A stretch of DNA of 37,776 nt, taken from contig NIVC01003783.1 of NCBI GenBank assembly GCA_002269645.1, positions 46,363-84,138 on the forward strand. The letters run 5' to 3'. The DNA is from Macrostomum lignano (lineage: Eukaryota). Below the pieces are notes generated by a model. It was given only the letters and a program-made list of their open reading frames with translations. It was not told where the DNA came from and searched no databases. The position numbers and the translations under genes were made by a program. Shown here piece after piece: positions 11,363 through 21,735 of this stretch (positions within the stretch are counted from its first letter, which is position 1; each line of letters begins with the position of its first letter).

Positions 11363-12829
11363 AGTGGAAAGGCAATTAATAACCAGTAGATCATTAAGAA
11401 ATAACCACTGTTACAACTTTGGTGACAGGATATTCAGTAATAGGAAATAGAAAAGCACCCATGTAACAATTACATGCCATAACTCCTTTCAGTTAGTGTA
11501 TAACAATAGGCCTACTGAACAAAATGAAAAAAAATGATTTTTAGGCCTACAAAATGACCAAAACCAAGTTAGGGTCATTCATAAATACCTTACCCTAGGC
11601 CTAGTTGATGAAATAATATGACAAAATTACTAGGCCTAGAAACCTTATCTATAATGTATTTTTAATAAAACCTACTTCCTGAAGACTTCCAAAAATATAG
11701 GCCTAGTTTCCCCTCCTAATTGAGTAGGCCTAGGCTTAGACTAAATAAGAGTCTTGGAGACTGACTGAAATCGTAGTTTGATAAGCCTACTATTATAGGT
11801 TACGATACAATTCTGCTGTATAGCTACTAGGCCGTATCTGGGACATGTATTATTAATCATACATCTTTCTCTACAGTTTATAAATAATAACATAGGCCTA
11901 GTCTATAGGAATTACTCTGGGATTATAGGGACAAATTTATTTATAGGAAAAATAATTTAACGCGGGAAACTGCATTTATGCCAGTCAAAAATATATATCG
12001 GCTACTAGGGACTTTTCTGTATATAGTCATAACATAAATATTAAGGTGTTTGTTTTGGTCGGGTCCCTGCCTCTAACTCATTGAAAAATCATTTGACGCG
12101 TGAAGCATGCCGCGATACTATTTGAATATTTAGTGCACATAAACAAAGCCGTCTGTAAAACGCTCAAATTCCTACGAGTTGCATTTAGGTCTATAAAGAT
12201 CAATTAAAACAGAGGTTTTAAAAACAGCGAAAAACATAATGAAACTCTTGCAACGAAGAAAGTTAATTGGTTGTTGAAACCGATTTTTGACCGACTGTAA
12301 TTGATTTTTGCCTACCAAGCGCAAGTTCATCGGATTCTTATGCCTAATTAAAAGCATTTCTACATGTCATTCTTGATGAAGGGTAAAGCTATGACGAAAG
12401 ATTGGTTGAGTCACACTAAAAGTGGAGGTCAAAGTCAAACAAACGCGCAGGCAGACCGCGAGACGGCGTGGTTATTTTCTGGCTTGTTTGCCTTAATCAG
12501 CAATTAGCTATAGCCGCTTGCCGTCGTCCTCTCCAATCACTCTTACTCTAAGTTTGCAGATGACTTTTGCTTTCATTTTATTTTGATGACATTTTTCGGG
12601 CTATGTGAGAGATTTTACGAATAAAATCTTTGTAATTTATTTGTCTGTTTAAGTACGAATATTTTAAATCTCAATTGAACAAGCTACAATAATAGTGAAC
12701 ATGTAATGGTATTAAATAAATGAGGCGTAAAGGCGGTGGTTCATTAATATATATTTGAGAACAAGATAGTTCGCAAGAGGGCAGAAGAAAGGTAGCCGTT
12801 TGATTGTGCATGGGTGCTTTATACTTATA

Positions 12830-12888
12830 GGCCACTGCATGGTCAGATCGTCATATATTCCACTTCGTCAGATCGGATGATGCAGTGA
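12830..12888. repeat. Fragment of the TGACGAA/foldback repeat family found at 16251-16893
   Basis: ggccactgcatggtcagatcgtcatatattccacttcgtcagatcggatgatgcagtga aligns with 16337-16389 with a few substitutions and indels. Confidence 0.8.
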
Positions 12889-12974
12889 AAGGAGCTGGTG
12901 GACTTAATTCATTTACTATTTACGAAGGTTATGGTTTTCTAAGTAAATGGAAAATTCATTATCATTCATCACAA

Positions 12975-13145
12975 AATGGAAAAGGATTCTGAAGCAGCGA
13001 CAGTAGAAAGCGTTCAGCCGCTATCCAGAAAGATTCCGCACAGCAACTAGTTAATAAGAGAAGACGTCTAGCAGGAAAGGGTACAAGCAAAGGGGAGAAA
13101 AAGAAGCAGCGTCGCAGAAGCAGCGCTATTTGAACTTTTTGACTA
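12975..13145 (+). pseudogene. Remnant of a small Lys/Arg-rich ORF upstream of the Maverick capsid gene (possible basic core protein)
   Basis: One frame reads DSAQQLVNKRRRLAGKGTSKGEKKKQRRRSSAI*, with LAGKG resembling an adenain-type cleavage context. It sits immediately before the capsid ATG. The identity is inferred from position and composition only. Confidence 0.4.
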
Positions 13146-13155
13146 GTACGCTGCG

Positions 13156-14490
13156 ATGAACTTGCTGCTTGGACCAGAAGCGCTTGCGTTGAAGAGTGAA
13201 TTGTCTATATTTGATCCACCCCATGTACAGTCAAGTGTTGTTCAGAGTTAATTTATGCATTATCAACCTCAGCACGGCTTGGCACGAGGGACTCTCAAAT
13301 TGAATTTGAACTGCCTCTTCCTGGTCATTTTTACATCAACGCTAAACTGAAAGTTTTGACAGTTGGATTCCGTGTTCGAGATTCAGACAATACAGCCATT
13401 GACGAGGCCAAAAACTACGTGTCCCTGAGTAATCTTCCTTTGGCGGCTCTTTTTCAAGATGTGCAGCTAAGCATTGGCGACACAGCTCGTCGATGGCGGG
13501 AATTTTCTCTATCCTTACAAATTAGCCTATCCTTACAAATGTCTCTAAGCCTGTTGGAATATGATAAAATTGCTCAAAAGGGACCGATGAAAGCATGGGG
13601 ATTCCGAAAAGACACTACAGGAGCAATGGCCGGATGTTGTGGGCGACTTAAATGTCGGCTGCATGCAACGGCGTGCGCTGATAGCAGACGATAGACTCTC
13701 TGTGTCATTTCGGGCCCGCTGTTTCTCGACATTTTTGGTCAGCCCGGCTATCTAATCTCAAAGCTTGGCTTGCGCATCAAGCTGATCCCCGCAGACGCCA
13801 AGTTTGTGCTACTAGCAGCAAGCATTGGCACGAACGTTCTGAAGGCCTACAATATCGGCATTGTTCGTGCAGAGCTTCGTATGCGCTATATTCAACCATC
13901 GCCCAGTGTCATTGCAGCACACACGGATGAACTGAAACGACAGAACGCTGTGTACCCGATGAATTCACTGCAGATGGGCATTCACAGTGCGGCAGGGAAC
14001 ATCAAGCTACACCAGGAAAAATCTGTTTCAAGGATATGTTCCAAAGCTACTCATAGTAGCGTTTGTGCCAAATCGCGCTTTTAACGCGAGTCTAGAATCC
14101 CTTCAATTTCGTGCATGCACACGTCTCTTTTTTGGTGTGTATGTGAATGGGGAGCCCTGCGCCGGACGGCCTCTTCAACCAAATGTACAGCAAGATGGAT
14201 GCGAAATGGAGTACACTTGGCCACGGCAGCAACCATGGGTCTGTACTTGCGAAACCGAGATATCGGTTTTGACATGGACGTGTACTTGACTGGATACTGT
14301 CTTTACGCAGAAATTTGAGTCCAGAACTCGAAGCTGGTGGTGATCCCCAGCCTATAAAAGTAGGAATGTACGACTGGAGATGAAATTCAGTACCCAGACA
14401 GCGGCAGTGTATAACGTAATAATTGGAAGTGTCTTTTACAGAGAACTGCCATTGACAGAATTTCGAGACGTTGTACCAAGTACATTATGG
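13156..14490 (+). pseudogene. Maverick/Polinton (adintovirus-like) double-jelly-roll major capsid protein, disrupted
   Basis: Reconstructed motifs in order: MNLLLGPEALALKSELSIFDPPHVQSSV, DSQIEFELP..GHFYIN, SNLPLAALFQDV, YPYK, LLEYD..GFRKDTTGAM, GPLFLDIFGQPGYLISKLGLRIKL, YIQPSPSVIAAH, NLFQGYVPKLLIVAFVPNRAF, VYVNGEP, DIGF..Y..GYCLYA, LSP, EMKFS. There are in-frame stops (one just after VVQS, one at 13692-13694) and several frameshifts. The end is approximate. Confidence 0.85.
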
Positions 14491-14520
14491 AATGTAAATG
14501 TAAATGTATGCAATGTAAAT

Positions 14521-15030
14521 CACCTTCTGCATGGACTGACTGACTCTTTTTTGCGCCGCGTATGCTCGTCATTTCAAAGTCGATTCCCTCGAGCTGTCTT
14601 TGTTGGAGTTTTTCCTAGTAACTGTCTACCAAATCTGCCTCGGCCCGAGCTGCAGCCCGGCGTCTGGGATTGCCGAACCTATACCTTCTGATTGCCAATA
14701 CCGATTCGAAAAATCTGCCAGGGAGACTGGAATCAGCACTGGAGGGCGGCGGGTTGGCGAATTTTCAATCCTCTGGGACTGCCTCCATCGCCTAATTTTG
14801 CAAACTGGATGCATGACTACAGCTCAGTGCTGTGCAGGGACAACTTGGACTTTCACGCGTTTTGCAGTTCAGCATCCAATTAACAGTCATTGTGGAGCTG
14901 TTCTATCTACAAACACTCTCTACTGGTTCGGACTTGCGCAGCTTTCTCGACTATTCGCTATCTGGGCACCCAACAAGCCCTGTTTCGTTCGATCAAGCCT
15001 ACAAACATTTGCGACTTTTTTGCGCAATGT
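14521..15030 (+). pseudogene. Maverick/Polinton adenain-like cysteine protease, disrupted
   Basis: Fragments: FVGVFPSNCLP, IANTDSKNLPG (the expected EHW is damaged), GEFFNPLGLPPSPNFANWM, VQHPINSHCG (Gln/Cys catalytic motif), LFYLQTLSTGSDLRSFL. Multiple frameshifts; boundaries approximate. Confidence 0.75.
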
Positions 15031-15652
15031 CGTTTCGCCCCTGTTGCCGCCGGCCTGGCCCGCCGATCGAGGGTTGTGGGAGGTGGCAGGCTTGCGGTCC
15101 AAGGGTTGAGCAAGAAGCTCACCCTTGCTGCTCGACTGCTGATGAGGCTTAATTATAACTGTGATTGATGAAAATTATATACACACTCACTCCAACTCTG
15201 AATATTCGAAAAAAATATGGATGAAATATCATTTTCATTCTTTTTTTCATCTTGGAAACTTTTTTGCGCAGAACTGTCGTAATTAGGAACAATCATTTGA
15301 AAATACACTAAAAGCCCCATTTAAAAGTTAAGTTGGGTGTACAAATATCCTACTAATTACGATTATGACAATACTGATCATTAAGCATCCGTGTAAATTT
15401 ACGGGTGATATATATGAGTGAGTAAACTAATCGCAAGAGGGTATATTAAAGACGTGAAAATGTTGTGGAACCTATGCACAATCACGAGCAGCATATATCA
15501 ATCAATAAAGACCATAAAAATGTGTCCAGTTTATCCGGACATTCATGCCTCTTAAGCCTTGCATCTTAATCTGTTCATTCTCCGCTATTCTTTTTTCCCA
15601 AAACTTCCTTCCTGACTAGCTAGCAGATTTGAAACTTCCCATCATATCCCGG

Positions 15653-15844
15653 CCCTCCATTCTCTCACACTATCATACCCTCCATTCTCTCACACTATCA
15701 TACCCTCCATTCTCTCACACTATCATACCCTCCATTCTCTCACACTATCATACCCTCCATTCTCTCACACTATCATACCCTCCATTCTCTCACACTATCA
15801 TACCCTCCATTCTCTCACACTATCATACCCTCCCTTCTCTCACA
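15653..15844. repeat. 25-bp minisatellite, about 7.7 copies
   Basis: Unit ccctccattctctcacactatcata, with starts from 15653 to 15828 at 25-bp spacing. Confidence 0.97.
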
Positions 15845-16094
15845 TTTTTAAACTCACATTCATATCTCACCCTCCCCCCTCTCTATCTTATTTCCTACTT
15901 ATCCTAATTTTTGTCTATTCAATTTTTTCTTTCACCCACTTTAACATGATGCAATTACATTCTTTCCACTTTGGAAGACTTTTCGAACTCAATCAATGTT
16001 CGCCGCACACAATAGTAAATGTATATTAATCAAACATTGACTGTCCTTGGGAAATCTGCAACAACGACGAAGTTATTATCAACGGGGGGGCTGT

Positions 16095-16620
16095 GTGGTA
16101 GTCGAGTTAGTGTAAACTATTTTTTTGTTTTTATTACGAGTCACTAGCTACGGCAAGTAGAACCGATAGATCGAAGGTTTTATCAATCGGGACGACAAAA
16201 CGACTGGAATTCATGTAGGATTCCAGGTAAATTATTTTACAAAGCTATTTCGTTCCTAGTCACTTCGTCATCTGATATGACGAAATGAAATATGACGATC
16301 TGACCAGTGACCCATGAATTCACCTTTAATTGATACGGTCACTGGTCAGATCGTCATATTCCATTTCGTCATATCGGATGACGAAGTGACCAAAAGCAAA
16401 GTAGCTTGAAAAATAATATGACGAAGTGACCAAATATTTAGTTATACTGGATACTTCGTCATCAACCAATCAATCTGTGCGTGATTCGAGTTAGTGTAAA
16501 CTATTTTTTGTTTAATAACTAAAAGCTGCGGCAAGCAGAACCGATCGATCGACAGGTTTTATCAATCGAGATGACAAAATGACTGGGATCATTAGGATTC
16601 CAAGTAAATATATTTAATTG
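16095..16620. repeat. Pair of diverged direct repeats of about 140 bp (about 16095-16235 and 16480-16615)
   Basis: Both copies contain tcgagttagtgtaaactattttttg...cggcaag.agaaccgat.gatcga..ggttttatcaatcg..gacaaaa.gactgg..tcat..ggattcca.gtaaat. Confidence 0.85.
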
Positions 16621-16893
16621 CCACAATAATTCACTAATATGATTGGTGGATGACGAAATGACTCTCTTCAGGTAGTGCATGTTAATTAAGATGACGAAGT
16701 GACCATAGTCGAGGTGAGCACCCCAGACACCCAGATGACGAAATGGCAGATGACGAAATGACTAGGAACCATTGATACGATTGGTGGATGACGAAATGAC
16801 TCTCTTCAGGTAGTGGATGCTAATTAAGATGACTAAGTGACCCTAATCGAGTTGGGTTGATGGACACCCCAGAGGACGAAATGACTAGGAACC
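16251..16893. mobile_element. Non-autonomous foldback-like DNA element with an internal long hairpin and TGACGAA subterminal repeats
   Basis: Ends cgttcctagtcacttcgtcatct and agaggacgaaatgactaggaacc are inverted (23 bp, 3 mismatches), with ATTT on both outer sides (16247-16250, 16894-16897). It contains a 54-bp inverted repeat (16259-16312 / 16337-16390) and a tandem duplication of the right end (about 16640-16770 / 16778-16893). Superfamily not assignable. Confidence 0.6.
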
Positions 16894-17622
16894 ATTTATA
16901 GCTTTTTCATGGAACATTCCGGAAGATTGTTTTAGAAAGGGTTCGCGCGGGAATTCAAATTACTATGTATGTATTTGGAATATATTTATCGCGGAAATTT
17001 CAAGAATGAGATATTTACTGCATGGTTGACAAGTTCGCGAATGTTTAGTACAAAGTCACTACAAACATTTTAATATAAATTTTCATCCCTGGCACGTACG
17101 AATGACCTACTGTACTTTTGTATAGCATATGCAGCTATACCTATAATATGGCGTTGTAGTTATATTATACATTTAGCCATGCATATGGTACTGTTTACAC
17201 ATAGACAACTTAAAGCAGTTAATTAACCCTTAGACCTACATGTACTGTACTAATTCGTCCTTGAGTTTGCAGTGTACATGTACAAGCATAATCGTAAACT
17301 TTCTTCTTGGGTTTATCGTTAAATTTAATTTAGAAGAGAAGATCCCTAATTGTTTATATCTTATTTCAAAGTTTAAAATGCATCGTCACAATATAAGGAA
17401 ACGTCAGCAAACGCGGATTATAATTGTTTCTTGGACTTGGGGGTGTGTACGTGGAGGAGGCCGGGAATACTTTTTCAATAAGATAGCTTTTTTCAGACGG
17501 AACAGGGGAATACAATGCTATACGGGTTGCGGTCTAGCTTTTTCATTAGTCCCTCAGGAGGTCAAAATAAAAGTAAGCTCGTATAGGTAGCTCGTATGGA
17601 ATAATTTCACAGAGCAGCTTAC

Positions 17623-17715
17623 CCTGCAGAGGCAGAGCACGTAACAGCTGGCAAACAACTGCAACAGCAGGCTTCCGAGCTGCTCGCGGCTTCTGCCTGC
17701 ACAGCTATGGGTCAT
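17623..17715 (-). CDS. Candidate orphan first coding exon with signal-peptide-like sequence
   Basis: Acceptor cattttatgcAG (17764-17763), ATG at 17715, MTHSCAGRSREQLGSLLLQLFASCYVLCLCR, then a strong phase-0 donor AGG|GTAAGC at 17622. No homology recognised. Confidence 0.25.
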
Positions 17716-18100
17716 GCTCAAACTGAGGTTACTTAACTCTGGGAGTGTGCTGGATTTTGTGACTGCATAAAATGTAGACCCCGGAAACAAAAATTCCTAG
17801 CACAAATTCCAATCACTCGCGAGCAAGCTTTGGAATCTAATAAAACCTAGCATACTTCTTGAACTGGAATATTGAACAGGCTATAATATGGAATCTGCAT
17901 GAACATGGTACGTTTAGCACGTGTCTGCAATTAATCCCCGCAATTAAAATTTCGTCCTCTTCACATCGAAAGGTTATATTTTTAAAACCTCCAAAAGTCT
18001 GATCGTAAGCGCACTGACTTACCAGGCATGCGCACATCCTAGTTTCAGTCTAGGCAGAGGTCAGAGGATTCAGATTAAATATAATCTATGGTAAAATACA

Positions 18101-19824
18101 CACTCCGTTCCGGTCGGCTATGGCCGTAAGTAGAACTTTTAGAACGAGATCTTCCTTGTTTTTTAGCTTAGATCTAGATCTAGATTTCTGGTTTTCCGAG
18201 CAGGCTGGTAGGACTGCACGTGACCGTCCATTCGATCGACGCCGCCCATGCAGCGGTTATAAGTTAAAGCTGAGCGGAACTTCTGCACTGCAGCCGCTGC
18301 TCCACCTCGGGCGATTCGTCGGAGTGGAACTTTTGATGCTGCCTCCTTTGTTTCCAGCAAATACAACCGTTTTTAGACCGCTTTCCTTTCTTTCAACAAT
18401 CTTTGCGGCCTGTACGGCACCCTTGCGCATGAAGCCGACATCATTGGGCGGCACATTTAACTGCCTGAGCTCAATCGGCACGCACGTCAGCTTGTATGGT
18501 GCAAGTCAGATGAGTATCTCGATCCAGAAGGTACTCAGCCAACCGATAGAAACCAAACCACTTGTCGACAAAAATGTGGTCGCCTTGGTTCAACAGATCT
18601 TGGCAAAGCTCGACAACAATTTCTTCGCTGAATGACAGGTCTTCGCTGTGGATCTACATCAAACCTACGATTCTCCTCCGGAGTAGCATGAACTCGAAAG
18701 TTACAAGTAGCCTGCTTCAGACTCGCAAGCACAGTGCAGCTTGATGCCGTACCTGGCGCGCTTAGTTGGAATGTACTGCTTGAAGCCTAGTCGTCTTTGT
18801 AAAGAACTAACGACTCGTCAATACTTATTTCTTCCTCAGGTCTGTAGGTGTTCATGCAGGTGTCACGCAAATTGTTCAAAAATGGACGAATCTTGTACAA
18901 CGGATCACCAGGTGTGGGATCCTCACGGCAATCATAAAAGCGAAGAAAGCCGAGCAATTGCTTGAAGCTGTCAGAGCGCTTCAGGTGCTTGAAAATATGG
19001 TGTCGAGTGGTAGCTGTCAGTACTCCAGTAGTCATTAATTTCAGTCTTCTTGTTGCTGCCCATGTACAGGTACATGCCAATCAACTTCTTGACTTCATTT
19101 GCGTTACATTCGTTCCACTGTGACAAACTCAATGGTAGGTCAACAGCATCCAATGAACGAATTGCTGCCCAGGCTCTACGGTTAGTCCACTTAGCTAGGT
19201 CTTCAAACAACGAATCAGACAGGAATAAACCTAGGAAGAAGGAAGTTGTGTTCTCAACATCGGCAGGCACTATTATTCCAGGATTCAGGCCAGGTGTTCC
19301 GAAAAACTCGATGTCTGTCACCGATGCGTCGTTCCCAACGATAGCAGGCAGCCATGACAACTCATCAGCTACGTCCTCATCAGCGTTGTCCAGAACACTG
19401 ATAAGAGGTAGTCCTCGTCGTCCGATGTCATGAGTTCAGACACTTCGTCCACTTGGGCCATTTCAAGCTCTTTGAGAACTGGTTTTAGTATCCGACTCAA
19501 ACCAGACTGAGACGGATAAAGTATCGGGAACAAAAACTTAAGGAGCCCAAGAACCACTGTAGTGGTTCTACAAGCGCGACTGTATAAGCTGTTAAAAAAG
19601 CTAGACGAGTGAGGAAACAGATCAGCTTCTCTGTTTGAACTGACTGGGGCTAGGAAAAAGCACGTTTCTTATACTGTTCGTGTTAACCATCCCTCTTGTA
19701 CAGGGACCAGTGTGCCTTCAGTCTAGAAACAGGCTACTTAGATGTACAGTTTTGTTTCTTTTTCTGCCCTAGTCGGCTGAATCTTTTAATAAGCATTGCT
19801 TACCATGCCGACCGGAACGGAGAG
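18101..19824 (-). mobile_element. piggyBac-family DNA transposon, degenerate and internally deleted
   Basis: 18-bp inverted repeats CACTCCGTTCCGGTCGGC (18101-18118) and GCCGACCGGAACGGAGAG (19807-19824), 1 mismatch, enclose a piggyBac transposase pseudogene. No TTAA flanks these repeats. Confidence 0.8.
18160..19461 (-). pseudogene. piggyBac (PGBD4-like, DDE_Tnp_1_7) transposase pseudogene
   Basis: Fragments: MAQVDEVSELMTSDDEDY, FFLGLFLSDSLF..LAKWTN, EVKKLIGMYLYMG, DYWSTD, DPLYKIRPFL, ISIDESLV (D1), FKQYIPTKRARYGIKL, LLNQGDHIFVDKWF (D2), YNRCMGGVDRMD (D3), YQPARKT. Frameshifts and stops are present, and the C-terminal cysteine-rich domain is missing. Confidence 0.92.
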
Positions 19825-19960
19825 AAAAAATATCTATGGCTCAGTCAGAAGCCAAATAGTCTATGGTAAGCACGGCTTAAATAAGTAATTAAATAAAAAG
19901 TTATAAGAAATCGTGCATGCGCATGTACTTCATCAACAACCACAGAGCAGAGAAGCCACC

Positions 19961-20122
19961 ATGCTAGAAGACGAAGACGTTGTTAGCAAAGCCTCGCAGA
20001 CGACAAGTTGGCGGACACTGCTGGGCGTTTTCTGCGCGGCTGCCGTTGTAGGATTCTGCGCTACCTCTGCGATCCTCATGCTGATGTCGCGGACTCGAGG
20101 AGCTGCGGGTGTTGCGAATTGA
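19961..20122 (+). CDS. Candidate 53-aa single-pass membrane micropeptide
   Basis: ATG in a perfect GCCACCATG context. MLEDEDVVSKASQTTSWRTLLGVFCAAAVVGFCATSAILMLMSRTRGAAGVAN* has one hydrophobic segment of about 23 aa. No homology recognised. Confidence 0.3.
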   Translation: MLEDEDVVSKASQTTSWRTLLGVFCAAAVVGFCATSAILMLMSRTRGAAGVAN

Positions 20123-21062
20123 ACTGCTGCTGGAAGTCCCCAGCTGGCATGTGAGCTGAACGAAAGTCGATTGACATGCTCCACGCCACAGTTGGTCATT
20201 CTGCAGACAAAATGATTGCCGATGGCAAGCATATTCATTTATCCATTCCTCTGTTGCGTGCATGTGATACACAAATGATACTCACACGATTTCATATTTT
20301 ACCGTACGACATCAATATGATTCAATCATTTTAACATGTCTCGTCTATGAATCACTTCCCCGTAAAGCAATCTGACGTTTGAGAAGACGTTTTCAACGTC
20401 CTGTGCGACGTCGATTACTTTATTAAGAACAAAGTACTTTTGCAAGACTTCCGATTTTCAACCGACGTTAGCAAAAGTACCTAAGATGGGGAAAAACAAC
20501 ATATCTGCAAAAAAAATATATATGTTTTTGTGCGTCTGAATCCGTCATGAATGTAATGTAGAAAAGTACGCATCTGCAATGGAATCGAATGAGTCTAACC
20601 ATATGATCCCTTGCTAAATCTCTAAATATCTGGAACTGTCCTATACATCTTTTTTCTAACTTTGGGAAATCAATTTTACACAGTATGCATGATAAGAAAT
20701 TTATATAATTGTTTTACTTTAGCTACTTGATTTACAAGTATAGTATGTGCAACATTGATTAGCTACATTTCTATGTGACGGAGCTGTGGTTCGTATTTAA
20801 ATGCCCATTTTTATCAACGTATTCAATATTGTTTTGTAATTACCGTACAAAAGCAGATTGTGAAAATGTTTTTCTACAAAATTCATCTGCCTAAAAACTG
20901 GATCATTTGGCAAGTTTGTCACGAATTTGATCAGAAAGAATATTAAAAACACTTCTGTTTGTGGTATTTCTTTAAACCTAAAAAGCCTTTGAAAAAAGCA
21001 GAATGACTGTGACATGTATTAGCAGGAGTTCAAAGTACGTTTTAGACAATCGCGCATCTGTT

Positions 21063-21390
21063 GCAAATCCAACTCAGATTAGATCAGCAAATCCAACTCA
21101 GATTAGATCAGCAAATCTAACTCAGATTAGATCAGTAAATCCAACTCAGATTTGATCAGTAAATCCAACTCAGATTAGATCTGCAAATCCAACTCAGATT
21201 AGATCTGCAAATCCAACTCAGATTTGATCAGTAAATCCAACTCAGATTAGATCTGCAAATCCAACTCAGATTAGATCTGCAAATCCAACTCAGATTTGAT
21301 CAGTAAATCCAACTCAGATTAGATCTGCAAATCCAACTCAGATTAGATCAGCAAATCCAACTCAGATTAGATCAGCAAATCCAACTCAGA
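21063..21390. repeat. 24-bp minisatellite, about 13.7 copies
   Basis: Unit gcaaatccaactcagattagatca with variants (gtaa, tttga, atct), starts from 21063 to 21375. Confidence 0.97.
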
Positions 21391-21437
21391 GCGGTAAAGC
21401 GTGCCAACCCAGTTCTCTGGCCGGTGTTACACTTTAG

Positions 21438-21735
21438 ACTATCCGGGTTTTTTTTTGTCTGGCCCGGATATCCGAACGCACCTACGATATCCGCCCGGAT
21501 ACTGCCAAGCAAAAAACCTGCTTTGTTTTTCTTCCCGGATATCTTGAGCTGCTTTGCATTGTCCGGGCACTTTGAGATGTCTCTCCCGGACATCCTACGG
21601 CACTGACTCTGCTATCCGGCCCGGAGATCACTAGAAGGGAAGTTGTCTTAGGACATCCGACTGTAGGTTGAAAGAGAGGGTCTGTCTGCGGAGACAGAGG
21701 TTTGCTTTAGGACATCCGGCTACTGATATCCGGGG
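21438..21735. repeat. Cluster of about 10 CCGGATATCCG-like motifs, probably a degenerate non-autonomous DNA element
   Basis: Repeated cccggatatccg / ggacatccg / gatatccgg variants in an otherwise AT-rich context. No clean TIR or TSD found. Confidence 0.45.

Noticed and set aside
13509-13540. 14-bp direct duplication (ctatccttacaaat x2) inside the capsid pseudogene
   Set aside because: Most simply a slippage event after inactivation; not a functional signal.
17223-17240. TTAA-CCCT, resembling a piggyBac left end
   Set aside because: No matching AGGG-TTAA end was found in the window and it is unrelated to the 18-bp repeats; probably chance or an orphan end.
17237-17283. TACATGTA palindromes (two here, one near 22399)
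   Set aside because: Too few copies to distinguish from a genome-wide compositional bias.
20375-20480. SNLTFEKTFS...TLLR, faintly like a hAT dimerisation motif; the opposite strand also reads as a short open peptide
   Set aside because: Too short and ambiguous, with no other transposase motifs nearby.
21063-21390. 24-bp array as a coding repeat (ANPTQIRS)n
   Set aside because: Variant units introduce TGA stops, and there is no start or splice context.
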